From the NCBI GenBank assembly GCA_035084275.1, contig CM068749.1:15252001-15316000 (forward strand): DNA of 64,000 nt, in the 5' to 3' direction. Each line of letters begins with the position of its first letter. Position 1 is the first letter of the stretch. A model generated the notes under the pieces. That model saw nothing but the letters and a program-made list of their open reading frames with translations. It did no database searches and was not told the origin of the DNA. Of the stretch, positions 40,621 to 53,395 are shown in pieces. The translations under genes were made by a program, and so were the position numbers. This DNA comes from Hydrolagus colliei (Eukaryota).

Positions 40621-40903
40621 AAATACTTTTTGAACCGCATTCAATTTGCAATTGCAAATGTTATAAATTCTGCAGCCTTTATTCTTTCTATTTCTACACA
40701 TTGTGTCTTTCCTCAACAACCACTCACAAATTATATAAATTTTATTATGCAGTCTGTGCGTTGAAGTTTTGAATGTGTCACCTTGAACTATTAGGAATGC
40801 GTTAATCAAATACGTACCATGAACAGATGAGATTTGTGGAAGATTGTTCATGTTAACTCTTAAATGTGATGATTACACTTTACAACATGTACTGTGAACA
40901 GTT

Positions 40904-40909
40904 AATAAA
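40904..40909 (+). terminator. Candidate polyadenylation signal of ST6GALNAC5
   Basis: AATAAA about 560 nt after the stop, with T/G-rich sequence downstream; usage cannot be verified. Confidence 0.4.
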
Positions 40910-41204
40910 AGAGTACTTTGTGAAAAATTGTCAAAAGAAATATTGTTTTGAGGCTAATGGATTCTTTAAAAGTGTCCCAAAGCACTTTGCAGGATTTATT
41001 GTAAAGTGTACACACTGTATTTTGTGTTTCCCTTCCAGAAACATAATCTGAAAGAACCATATAGAATTCTTATGTTTTTCATTTTATAACTGTATAATTT
41101 CACTGTATTTAGTTACAATGCAAACTTTAAATAAGCGATGTAAAAATTCATACAAATTTTGAAACAATAGCAATCAACGCAGTATCTGCCTCTGTATCTC
41201 TCTG

Positions 41205-41490
41205 TGTATTGGCCATTTCAATCCACGACTGTTTGTGGGACACTGCTGTGTTTCGCCCACAAATATAGTCAATTCACTTTACAATATATTCTGTGAAGCG
41301 CTTTGAGACATCGATAAGATGTGAAAAGCGTTATATCAAATGCAAGGATTATTATTATGTATCAGTGCACCTTTCTCTCTCTCTGTGTGTCTCTCTCTGT
41401 TTCTCGTTGTCCGTGTGTGTCTGTGTTTCTATATCTCTCTGTGTCCGTCTCTGTCTCTGTATCTCTCTCTCTCTCTGTATCTCTCTCTCC
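41205..41490 (+). mobile_element. SINE 3' half followed by a (CT)/(GT) low-complexity tract
   Basis: CCACGACTGTTTGTGGGACACTGCTG...AAGCGCTTTGAGAC...TCAAATGCAAGGATTATTATT, then tctc/tgtg repeats. Confidence 0.85.
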
Positions 41491-42179
41491 CGTTACAGGC
41501 TGAAAGTGATTAATGGGTTTTGCTGCTAACTGCTGCCTCAGCCACTGTTTTTCCTGTTGGATCAGACAAAGCCTGGGCTCTGGACACACAGTGTCCACAC
41601 GTGTTCAAGGCCAGAGAAAATCATTCCCGGGACGGATGCGGCGTGCAGGCCACCAGTTGGACCACCTCGACAGTAACATTTTTAGCTCTTTTGATTTGTA
41701 TTCCCCTCTGACACTGCAACCCAATATCTTGTCTGCTATATTCATTGTAGCAAATTACTGAGCTGGTTGTGTCAACAATGTTTCCACAATAATCCTCAAA
41801 TCCCATTCCTGATCCGTAAACTGGATGACTATTCCATTTCAACATTTAATCTTTTGCCTCCTAACATCCACTTTAATTTTACATTTGTTTAGATTGAATT
41901 GGACTTTCCACCTAAATCCTTCTGAATCTGTTTATTTGCTCTGCCTCCAATTTCAGTACAATTTACAAACAGAGATCTTGCTTTTAATTCAGTTACAATT
42001 TCTAATTTTTCAATTAAAATTAGCGCCAAATTATTTTAATATTTCAGACTCGTATGCGTTGATATCATGCCAATATTTGTTTGCTCTACCTTATCCTTTT
42101 CACGTGATAAGAATTGACATCAATAATTCAGTGTTTAAATCAGCATTCCGCCGGAACCTTTCTTGTTATTAAGTATTGA

Positions 42180-42545
42180 TAGTAATAATAATCATTGCAT
42201 TTAATAGAGCACCTTATGTTGTTTAGACATCTTAAAGGACTTATTTACTGAAAAGTGTAATGAGCGTAGGGGAATGTGACAAGTCAATTTGCACACAGCA
42301 ATGTCCCACAAACAGCCATTAAGTAAATGACAAATTTTATCTGGGGGATTCTTGGCCAGGAGAGGAGAAAAAACTCCCTTCTCTTTTTGAGTTGTGGCAT
42401 GAGTCTTTAAAATCTTCCTGAACAGGCAAAATGGACCTTGGTTTAATATCTCATCTGAAGGATGGCACCACTGACAATACAGAGATACCCAGCACTGCAT
42501 TAAATTTACGGAGTTCAAAGTTCCAACCTGCGGCTTGTAAAGCAT
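42180..42545 (-). mobile_element. Deu-domain SINE remnant
   Basis: GGTTTAATATCTCATCTGAAGGATGGCACC with an L2-type tail. Further copies at about 29000-29410(+), 48820-49190(-), 55450-55600(+) and 61500-61660(-). Confidence 0.7.
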
Positions 42546-42699
42546 TACAGCAGTTTAACAGCATCATAAATTAATTTGTTAGACACTAAAACTGAAATAC
42601 TGTAATACCTGCTTGAGTAACTGTTCGGATTCAAAGAATTTTAAGGAAACGGAAGTCACCAAAGATGTAGTCATTAAGAAACCTGAGATATAGTTTATA

Positions 42700-43240
42700 G
42701 TTTTTTTTTAAATTCAAAGGTGAACCGAGAGGATGCTCGGATTGAAAGTTCCAATAATTCTGCAACAGAATAACAAAAGCCTGGATATATATCTGAGGCG
42801 ATTCCAATTCTCAAAAAATTGAAGAAACATAAAACCTTGGGATTGCAAGCCAGTTAGGTGGATATTGGTGGTGGGTAGGATGTCTGAGTGTATTGGAAAA
42901 GCAAATCAAAATTATCTATTGGGATCAAATGTAAAACCAAGATGTAGCATGGGTTCATTCAAAGGAGGTCAAGGAGGACAAATTGCCTAGAATGTTTTGC
43001 AGGTATAGATGAGTGAGTGAATGCTGAAAATGTGGTTAGCATTGCATATCTCGTCTTCCACCAGATATTTGACAAAGACCCTCACAAAAGAACTGAGCTA
43101 AAAAGCAAGACCTGTGGCATAAAAGGTGAAGTGGCAAATGGGAAAGTAAATTGATTTGAGCACGGAATGAAGAGTCATGAATGAAAATTGGTTCAACCTG
43201 TGAAACTAAGACTCGGTTTCCCTGGGATCAGTCCACAATC
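42700..43240 (+). mobile_element. Older CR1 RT fragment
   Basis: Decayed RT motifs in frameshifted pieces (HGFIQRRS, AYLVF..IFDK.PHKR, CGIKGEVANG). Confidence 0.55.
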
Positions 43241-46200
43241 TCTGCATGTATAATGTTTATTATAGGAGAAATGGGTTCTACTGAAGTTGCTCCATGATTC
43301 CAAGATATTGTTTGAGTTTTCATACCTGAATTTATTTTGCTGGATTCCATTCAATACGCTATTAGAAATGGGATATGTTGTTTGGGTTGTCTCAAGGTAC
43401 AGGTCACTTTGGTGAAAAGCCTGATTTCTTTCATGCCTGTAACAAATGAGTTCCATATTTTGATATTCAGAATAAACCGTTACTATTGTGGTCTCCTTAT
43501 CATGTTGGTGCAATGCTCCAGTAGTTGGATATATTCATATATATATATAATTATTCCACTTTACTTTAGTTTGTGACGTGGGCTCTCAGGAAACTCATCT
43601 GCATTGGGTCTAAATGTTTGGTTTTAAGTTAACCCACTGTATCTGTGTAAGATACTATACTTTGTACATCATATTCATATTTCAGCTTCAGGCATGAAGA
43701 CCAATTCATTCAATATTGTTCTGCACATGGTAGGATACACCTCATTATTCTAAAGATACTCAGAGGAATGCAGAAGGAAACAGATGAGTTCCTCGTGAGG
43801 GTGGAAAGATTACCGCATTCTTCTGAGGCATGATAGAAACAAATTATTTAACTTTTAAAAAAAGGCCCAGAAAATGGACTTTCATCACAATAGACTAGAT
43901 GGCCTTTTTACCTCATTCCCACTTTTTCAGGTACGCTCTATGTAGAATCCACTGAAGACCTGCCTTTACTGTATCTGCAAGAATCTAAATTGGCTTTTTG
44001 TCTGGAAGCAGCCTGTCACCACAAGTACGGTTTAAGAATAGCAATGGCTATCCATTTCAAACATTAGGCCTCATATTGTAAACAAGACTGCAAGAGACTA
44101 ATAAAATCAGCAAGGTTGCTTGAAAAAATCATTAATTGTGGAGCCACCAAACCCCACCAAACTACTTAATCACAGCTTATCTACAGTAGCCAGCCCAAGT
44201 GTCTTACCAATCTGTACACACAAGAAAAAGCAATAAATCTAGAAGAAAGAGGTGCAGCAGTATTAATTTGTCTCTTATTTGACTGGAGTTCTGGCAGCAG
44301 TAAATAACATTTCTCTTTGCTTAGTGTTTCCTGTTAATCACCTCCACAAACACAGTACCAATGCAAGCAAAAATCACATTACCATGTGTCATGCAACCTG
44401 CTCAGAGTGAATGAATTAGAGTTAACTTCTCTGGCTTTTAAGGGTGCCTAAAATAAAACAAAGTAGAGATGACGATTTGTCACAACATATTACCTACCTT
44501 AGAGTGAGTAAAAGCGCAGGTCTTTCTAAAGGCAATACAAATGGGTTTGCCTTGAAATCATATTTGTGAAACTAAAATGCGATTGTGATGAGCTCTACAT
44601 CACAACAATGTCTGAATTGTAAACTTAAGATTACTAAACGTGGAGCACTGTCAAACCTTAAAAATGTGGATTAAAAGAGATATCACCTTGACACTTTGAA
44701 ACAAATACCAATGGAAGCTTTCTTTAGTTTCCCTCAGCCTTGACACAGAAATTCATAGGGAGTTTCCACGGCAAGAATGATCTAGAACTAGAACGGAATT
44801 CATTTGTAAAAAAAAAAAAAGAATAATTCGACTGGTTCCTTTTGTCTTTACCAAGCAAAACAGTTGGCAGACTATCATCACACCTCAAGTGTGCGTGGAT
44901 CAGCCTCTTTTTAAAAAGCATGGAAGGATCAAACAATGAGCTGGTTTGACAAAGAAAATCTGTTACCCCTTTGCTTCTGAATGATACAATTTATGTTTCC
45001 CTACCCAAAGTCAAAACCAAAGTGGGTCGAAGATGACCGATGTTCCTTTTCCCCCCTAATGTAGCACCACAGACACAGCCAAACATGTCATGTGCCATCC
45101 TTTGATAAGAATGGGAAATATTAAATTTAAAACATCAAATTCTAGTGATACAGTACTGTAAAATACAAGTTCTTTTAAGCAAAGCTAAGATATATATAGT
45201 TTTATTTATTCATCTCTCCACTTGTTAATTTCTTCAATAACAACATTTTCTTATTCAAAGAAATTAAGCCATAATTTAGTAAAATGGTATGGTAAATTGA
45301 TCACTTTTCTAAATTATATCTGTTCAAATCTCAATCTTTGTTGATAACATAATGAATTGTGCCTGTGCAAATCTGCAGCGATTGTTCAGAATTCTGCATA
45401 TTTATCTGAGAACCACAAATTACACAGAAATCTACAAACCCAGTTTAAATACAAATGTTTAACTAAATCAAGCAATAGTGACTATTAAAACATACATGAT
45501 GTGATATAAAAGGACATGTACCGTGTCAGTGAAGTTTTGATTTGGTACGATCCAAAGTTGAAACTCCTTGGTGTTCATTATTACCATTAAATGCAAATAA
45601 ATAAAATGACAAATGTTAAAAAGAAAAGGCTTAAACAACTGGAATTCAAACTGACATGTGAAGCTTGTATTCTGCAATGGGCAACTGCAGTACTATTGTC
45701 TAAAGAATGATTTGATCAGACATACCAGAATGGTTTTATGTCTAATTATAACTAGCTTTGAGTTTCACATTGCCCTTCCAAATATAAATTGGTCATATGG
45801 TGATCATTACACATCATGGTAATGGCCATTTGTGGTACAATCATTGACTTGGAGATTAAACAGCCACTGTTACTGGAAAAGTGTGCAACATTGTACATTT
45901 ATGAGCTGATTAAACATCAAAAATGCACCAAATGAAACAGAAGTGTTTCAATAAAGAAAATCTTGTCATACAAGTCATTTTGCAAGATGAAGAATAGCTC
46001 ATTTTAAAGATTGTGGCATTGAATGATATTCTTGAAACAAAAGTAGCTGAATAAGTTGCTACTCATTGAAGTCCAGTGTTTATTTCATCTTTCTACATGC
46101 TACCATTGACAAGATATAATAAATTGGCATTATTTAACAAATAACATTGAAGCCTAGGAAACTCTTTATGAACATTTCATTTGAAGACTTCAGCAAACTT

Positions 46201-47485
46201 TACAACAATTCTTCAGATTACCATTGGATCTGGTTAACCATGGTACTGCAAAGGTAAAAGGCATCACCAAATGTTCTTTAAGACTACTGAACTGCATCTT
46301 AACACCTGAAATAAAATCAAAACAGAAACAATTCTCAAGGCTTTAGCAGCCAAGTGGTTACAAAAACATGGCAACCATGAATAAAACTACATTCTTCATT
46401 ATCCAGCTGCATACACCCTTGTACACATACATCTTTATTTCAACTTTAATGGTGAGTCATACAGTAGAAAGCAATTTTGATAATAGATACACAAGGAAAC
46501 ATTTACTCATTGCAAGTGGGCTATTTTCTGGGAAATGTGTGCGCATTTCTTTTTTGTAAAAAAAACTTACAAATTCAGTGCATGTCACACTTCATAGAGA
46601 TAAACTGTAAAGTAAACATGACACAATCCAAGATATGGAAAGTATCTACCACAAAAAATAGTAGACACATCACTGGTGCCAGCCCAGAACTTTGATCTAA
46701 GATGAACCGCTTCCGAGGGAAGTAGGGAAAACATTCTTAGACATGTTCGCTCTTGAATGCCTCAAAGAGGCTATTTAAAGAATTCCATTTGCAAATTTTC
46801 AGAAGTATGTTGTGCTCAATACTCAGCCTGGCCCCAAGTGAAGGATGAGAAAAACAACTTTTAAAAAAGCACCCAATGGTTTAAACAAGTATATAAGAAC
46901 ATGTGGAGAAATGAAATTACATGTGGAGAAATGATCATCTTACATGGAAACTAAACTTGAATTTAACTAATAATTAAAAATAATTAGTAATTTAAAAGGG
47001 GGTGGTGGGGGTGTGAAAATCACACAAATAGTAAGATCGAAAGATGCCAGCACCAAATGGTTAGCTTTCATTTATGCAATCTGCTATTGAAACATTTTAC
47101 AAATATCGTTGTTTTCTGTAAAGGAAAACAAAACAATTTTCACGGATTAAAATGCCGATAAGCCAATTTAGAGACGTGCATTTGGCATGCATGCTATCTC
47201 CTTAAATGAAGGGCCATTTTATATTCACGCAGCAAAAATAATTCTGGTCAGGCTCACTAATAGAAATAGAAATCGTACCACAAAGACTCTCATGAAACAT
47301 TCATCTTCCAGTAGTTGTTACATCTTTGACTGTATAATCCCAATTATTATTGATCGAAAAATCATGATTTTAATCTCCCCACTATACTTCTGTTGGAAGA
47401 AATCATGGGATAATATCACTTTCAGGAATTTACACCCAACTGTTACATTTTCTCAGATCTGAGAATTAACAAGTGTCCTGAACTA

Positions 47486-47491
47486 TTTATT
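47486..47491 (-). terminator. First candidate PIGK polyadenylation signal
   Basis: TTTATT on + (AATAAA on -) about 220 nt after the PIGK stop; others near 46434 and 45200. Confidence 0.3.
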
Positions 47492-47711
47492 GTATTATTA
47501 ACCTGCTTTAAAGTACTTTTTTTTCAAGAGGGTAGCACTTCAATCTATCCCTTTCAGTTATTTCCATCTCCCAGATTTGTAGCTACCCTGAAAAAATGCT
47601 ATGAGAAGTGATCATTATACATAAAATAATTAATTACAAACTCATTTTAACTGCAGTTAAATCCATCTTCCAAGGTGAAAAATTGTTCTCACAGCAAGCT
47701 CAATAAGCCTC

Positions 47712-47828
47712 TTAAAATATATGTTTAAGGTGTTTCAGTCCATAAGTTTGAAAAAAGACTAAGAGGATTAGGGTCCACAGTCCCAGGATAAATCCATCTG
47801 GAGGATGCCACTCTTTCTGTTTTGGTTT
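47712..47828 (-). CDS. PIGK: PIGK (GPI8, GPI-anchor transamidase catalytic subunit) terminal coding exon with C-terminal TM segment
   Basis: Minus strand ccttttacag|AAA CCA ... TTT TAA gives KPKQKEWHPPDGFILGLWTLILLVFFQTYGLKHLKHIF*, closely matching the human C-terminus as I recall it (KPKLKDWHPPGGFILGLWALIIMVFFKTYGIKHMKFIF). PIGK is the expected convergent neighbour of ST6GALNAC5. No upstream exon was found, so 47829-64000 is taken as PIGK intron. Confidence 0.95.
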   Translation of the reverse strand, partial: KPKQKEWHPPDGFILGLWTLILLVFFQTYGLKHLKHIF

Positions 47829-50800
47829 CTGTAAAAGGAGAACAACAACTAATGATAATCACATTTTTTATTATTGGGTCAACACACAAATTTAAAGCTT
47901 TTGCTTTATTTGCTTGACAGACAGATAAATAGATGAAATAAGATGCAGGAATGTTTCGTGAATCCTACTGATCGGGTCAGTCATAAATCAAACAGCTACT
48001 GCCATTTAAAACCGGTGTTTTCAAACTGGCCAAACACAATTTCATCGCCAGTCAGATGGCTATATCACTCATTTATCAAATTTGATACAGAAGCTTTAAA
48101 AGTGCTGGATTTTCGGCAATTGCTCAATGAATTTTTACAAGCACATTCTAATTACTGTTTTATCAATGTGTGGAATGGAATTGAATTTCAGTTATAATTA
48201 TGTAACAGCGGATGCCTTCCATTATTGGAATAGTTCACACTTCAAATACAAATAAATTTGGAGCCTATTAAATGTCTCTAACAGTAATCTATATTTTGCT
48301 ATTTTCTCATTTAAAACCTTTGAATTAAAATGCAAGTCAACCTTCCCATTAAAATTTTCATCATTCCCTTTTCCCATCTATCATTCCATTTATTAAATCG
48401 GTTGATTGTAATGTTAAAAAAAAACAGCCAATTTCAGTATTATGTGCATGACTAGGCCACACATCAACAAAACACTAAATTCCAAATTTTTACAGCTACA
48501 ATGAGAAAATGAGTGAGAAGTATAAATCAGGTTACCCACTTCATATCACTAACCCCCAAAATACCCTCCCTGCAATTGTCTCTTAATCTTTCTGACAAAT
48601 GATCTCTATATCTGGCACTTATATATTACAATCTAAACAATTTATCCATTAATAATTTATGTTTATCTCAGTTCCTTTTCTGCTACTGGAAGAATTTAAA
48701 TAGTGTAATGATCCAGAACATCATTAAATGTACCTTTAAATACTTCAGCTTTTTTTTAGTCCAATAAATGCAAAATGCAATACCATGCTTTTAACAGTAT
48801 CCAATCTAGGTAATTTTAAAAATCCTTGCATTTGATATGGTGCCTTTCACATCAGGTGGACGTCTCAAAGCTCTCCACAGGATTTACCATAAAATGCAGT
48901 GACTGCACATTTGCAGGTGAAGGCAGCAACCAGCTTTGTGCATAGCAGTGTCACAAAATCACCCGTGAAGTAAATAGGCAATTGTTTTCTGGGACATTGT
49001 TTGCCAGGACAAGAGGAGAAACCCTATCCTCTTTTCAAATTGTGCAATTGGATTTTCATTGTCCACCTGAAAAGGCTGAAAGTCCTTGGGTTAATATTTC
49101 ATCCACAAGTCAGTACATTGAACAATGAGACAAGCGCCCAGCCCTCAATAGGAGTGACATCTTGACTATACAAGTTCAAAGGCCCAGCATGGTGGGCTGG
49201 CCTGCAGTCAGCACTGTTGTGTGTGTCACTGCCAACCAACCCGGCTCAGGAGCCAGACAACTGACACATCACAGAGTTGACTCAGTTCAGACATTCCATT
49301 GAAACGACAACACCTTCGAACCAGTTCACCCCAAGGAGACTCCCCACCCCCTCCACCCACCCCTCCTCCTCCCCCTAGGATAGTTGGTCATATACAAAAA
49401 ATAAACATGACTCCTCAACGTATGAATTATTTTGTTTCTGATAAGGAAAGAGATGAGTGTCAGGAGGATAAAACCTAACTGCAGTGTGCACAACTAACGT
49501 AGGCAGACCAAATACAGAAAAAAAAACCTATTCCAGTGATGTAGAACAATTACTGATGAATTTTAACAAAAGCAGAGACTGAGCCAGAGAAGGTCTCTGG
49601 AGGTGGTTCCATGAGCAGTGGGATTTTCACCCATTACAGCATAAATGGTTGCAAATTACACTAGGTTTGCTTTTCCTTCTCTGAAGCAGTCTACTTAGTC
49701 ACCCAGCAATTTTTAAAAGACCATTTTTTCAATCAGCCGATTTTAACATTAAAACAATTGCCAATTTCAGTATGATGTGCCATTCTAAGCCACACAGAAC
49801 ACTAAATTCCAGTTTTTTTATAGCCACAATGAGAAAATGAATGAGAAGTATAAACCAGGTATAAACCCACTTCATATCACTAAATTGATTGGAAAAAAAT
49901 ACTACTTTGCTCCCAGCAGTATAAACACAGCTTTCAGGTGGTGTTCAGTAATGTGCTGGTACATGTACTGCACACTCCATCAACAATCACATTATGGAAC
50001 GTATCTATAGTGTTGAACAGCACATATCTGAATAGTATAGCTTTATGTGGTTCCACAGTTTAAACTCAGCATCTAAAGAATATCTATGCTGTGACACTTT
50101 ACCTAAAATTATCAGTCTATTCCATTTGTTTTCTGTTTAATGATTTACTGTAAATGGAATAATATAAATGTTAGTTACATGTTAATTATAAATGCAAGGA
50201 TATATTTGCCATTTACAAGTGTAAGTCAATCCATTTTCTTTAAAAAAATAGTGACCCATTTCCATTCTGTACATTCTTTGTAAATTCTTGCTTTGTAAAG
50301 TGAAGAAGTCTAAAATTGATACAAGGAACCCAATGCAAGCCTAAAATCATTTGTGAAAAATACTGGACACAATGACATTAAAATAAGAGTTCCCAAAATA
50401 TTGTTACTGGAGGTTAATCAGTAATTATGCTTTTCGTGGCACGTATAACCAACCAGTACATGTCTTCAAGGACAGAAATACTGAACAAAACTGTATGACC
50501 TTGGGCAACCTTCTTTTTCCCCTCAAAAGTCACAGCCAAATGTGCAAAGTTTTTTTTTAAAGTTTGGTATTGTATCTAAAATAGAATCTGCACTTACTGT
50601 GAGTGACTGGACTCCAGCAAGTTGTCCACCAATCTCTCAAGGTGGTTATCATTCACTATGCTCTCACTTTTGCTGATTTTTTTCCAGATACAGTATAATG
50701 AAAAGCAATGAAGCATTGTCACATGCTTTGGATCTGTTCAATTTGTGTTTCTGGACCCACTGCGCTTAACTCTAATGGTCTACGGTGACTATGACCAATG

Positions 50801-52309
50801 CAGACAGTTGTAGTTATAATGAAATATGATTATTAAGACGTTCAGGTGATTTCAGTGTTGCCTTTTGCTTTCTGTATTTAAAACTATATGCACTTACACC
50901 AACACCTTGCAACTCAAAGTCTTAAATCATCCAAGTGATCATAACCACATCTAATGACCATGGCCTTTCCCGCAATATCTGATCGTCTGTTCAAAGCTTG
51001 GTTTGCACAATTTTACTGCAGCAAATTAATCGGCAACATCCAGAGAAGCTCATAATCAAACCAAGATTAAAAGCATCTCCTTGAATTTCTAATGATTACA
51101 ATGTTTGAAATGGAGAAATGATCAAACTCTACATATCGTTTTCAGGACTAAAATTTCACCTTCTTTCCAAATCCAATTTATTTTGTTTTTTTCTTCAAAG
51201 AGTTCTATGTAATTGGTCTTCTATGTAAATTGGTAAAATATGTGGCCTGTCATTAGTCAAAGAGGTTTCTGAAAAATAATAATTCTCAGTTCTTCTGACA
51301 TACTTTGCTGTGGCCGTCATAAGGTGGTTAAAGGCTTTGAGCAATGCAAACCTAAATTTTGCTTTGAATTAAATGCCTCCAGAAAAGAATAAACCTAGAT
51401 TTTAGGTTACGTTATATTATTGTAGGATTAAATTACTGCAAACATTTAAAAATACTATAGAGCATATTCATTTTTATAAATATTTAGCTATAATTATGAA
51501 AGCTAAACATTACACTTACCCTAACACTCAACACATTAATTTGTGCTGTGAATTCCATCCGTTAAAATCAATATTTACAGGAGAAAGGCCATTCTTGACA
51601 TTTTAATTTTTCAATCCCCAACCATAATCATTATTTGTCTTTCACTTTTGTTGCTAAGCCCCTTGTATTGCTAGTAATGCCCCCACCATTCTTGATTTAA
51701 GTTATTGTAAAGTTCCAGCCTCTCCCATAGCACTTTGTCTTCCTAATTTCATAGTGAGTCACTCAATCGCCTTTCCTTCACCTTGGAGGGAGGTTGTGAC
51801 AAATCACGGCAGGTTGGCTTCATGATTACAACTCTAACTGGTATATCTGTAGGCAAGTGTAACAATAAATTACCAGCTGGGTCAGCAGGAGATGTTTCAA
51901 GGTACGTGTAAGTTTGTTTTCCCCTTTATTAAACCGCAAGGCAGGGAAACGTATCCACAGGTCAAGCTGTAGGCACAGCACAGATGTTGTTTTACGTGCA
52001 ATATATTTTGGCATGTGGGTCCTTCACAGCATGCCTCAATGGTTGTGTTCCATTCCTAAAAGTAATGATCTATTGAAGAACATCTCGCTATGGAGCCACA
52101 TAAGGTGTTTCAATTAAAGCTTTGTGTGATGCTTACATTATCATAGGCATGCATGTTGCCATATACAGGATATTTTAAAATGTTTTTTTTCAAATAGCTT
52201 TGGTTTATTTACAGTCATTAATTTTGTAATTTGTAGGTTTTACATTCTTTATGTTTTATATTCTACTGAGCATATATGTATTCAAATAGTCTATTTGCCA
52301 TTTAATACA

Positions 52310-53395
52310 ATAGAATAGTTTTGAATATACAGCACAGAAATAGGCTATTTGGCCCAACTGGTTGATGCCGGCTTTTATGCTTCACATGAACCTCCTCCGG
52401 CCTTTCCTTGACTAAGCCTACAAGCATAACCTTCTATTCCTTTCTCCCTCATGTACCTATCTGGCTTCCCCTCAAATACATCTATGCTATTTGCCTCAAC
52501 AACTCCTTGTGGTGGTAGCAAGTTCCACATTCCCACTACTCTCTGTGTAAAGAAATTTCTTCCCTATTTGTTCTATTTGTGACTATTTTATATTGATGGC
52601 CCCTGGCTTTGATCTCCCCCATAAATCAAAACATCCTCTCAATTCTGGGATCATCCTTGTGAATCTACTTTGCACCATCTCCAGTGCCCCTAGTATATCG
52701 TTTCTAAAATGTAGGGACAAGAACTGCACACAGTTGTCTTAAGTGTGGTCTAACCAAGGTTCTACAAAAGTTTTTCATAACTTTCCTACTTTTCATTTCT
52801 ATCTCTCTGGAAATGAGCCCTAATGCCTGGTTTGCCTTTTTATGGCCTTATTAATTTGCATTGTTACTTTTATTGAATTGTGTACGTGTACCCCTAGATC
52901 CCTTTGTTCCTCTACCCCATTTAGAGTTATATTTTCCAGGATGTATATGACTTCCTTGTTCCTCCTACCAAAATGTACTACCTCACACTTTTCTACATTG
53001 AAATACTTTTGCCATTTAAATGTCCATTGAGTTTATTAATGCTGTAATTGGTTGCACTCCTATGTATTGATTATTCCCCTGATTTGGTATCGTCCACAAT
53101 TTTTTTAATTCAACTGCTAATACCTGAATCCAAATCATTAATGTATATTGTGAACAGCAATCGTCCCAATACTGATCCTTGAGGAACACCGTTGCCCACT
53201 CTTTACCCATACTCTCTGGTTTCTGTCTTGTAGCCAGCTTGCTAATGCATTCTGCTACTTTTACCCTGACTCCACATGCTCTGACCTTATTCATTAATCT
53301 ATTATGTGGTACCTTGTGAAAATCCAAATATATTACACTTATTGCATTACCCTTGTCTAGTGTTTCTTTTCCTCATTCAAAGAATTTAATGAGGT
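52310..53395 (-). mobile_element. CR1 LINE 3' fragment, degenerate
   Basis: Minus strand RT motifs (DFHKVPHNRLMNKVRACGVR, VPQGSVLG-like), PHL.xCVQF region and CR1 3' UTR. Confidence 0.85.

Noticed and set aside
50598-50672. Possible 75-nt PIGK cassette exon ending at a strong GTAAGT donor on -
   Set aside because: A-rich acceptor, no similarity to PIGK, and its phase does not fit the phase-0 terminal exon.
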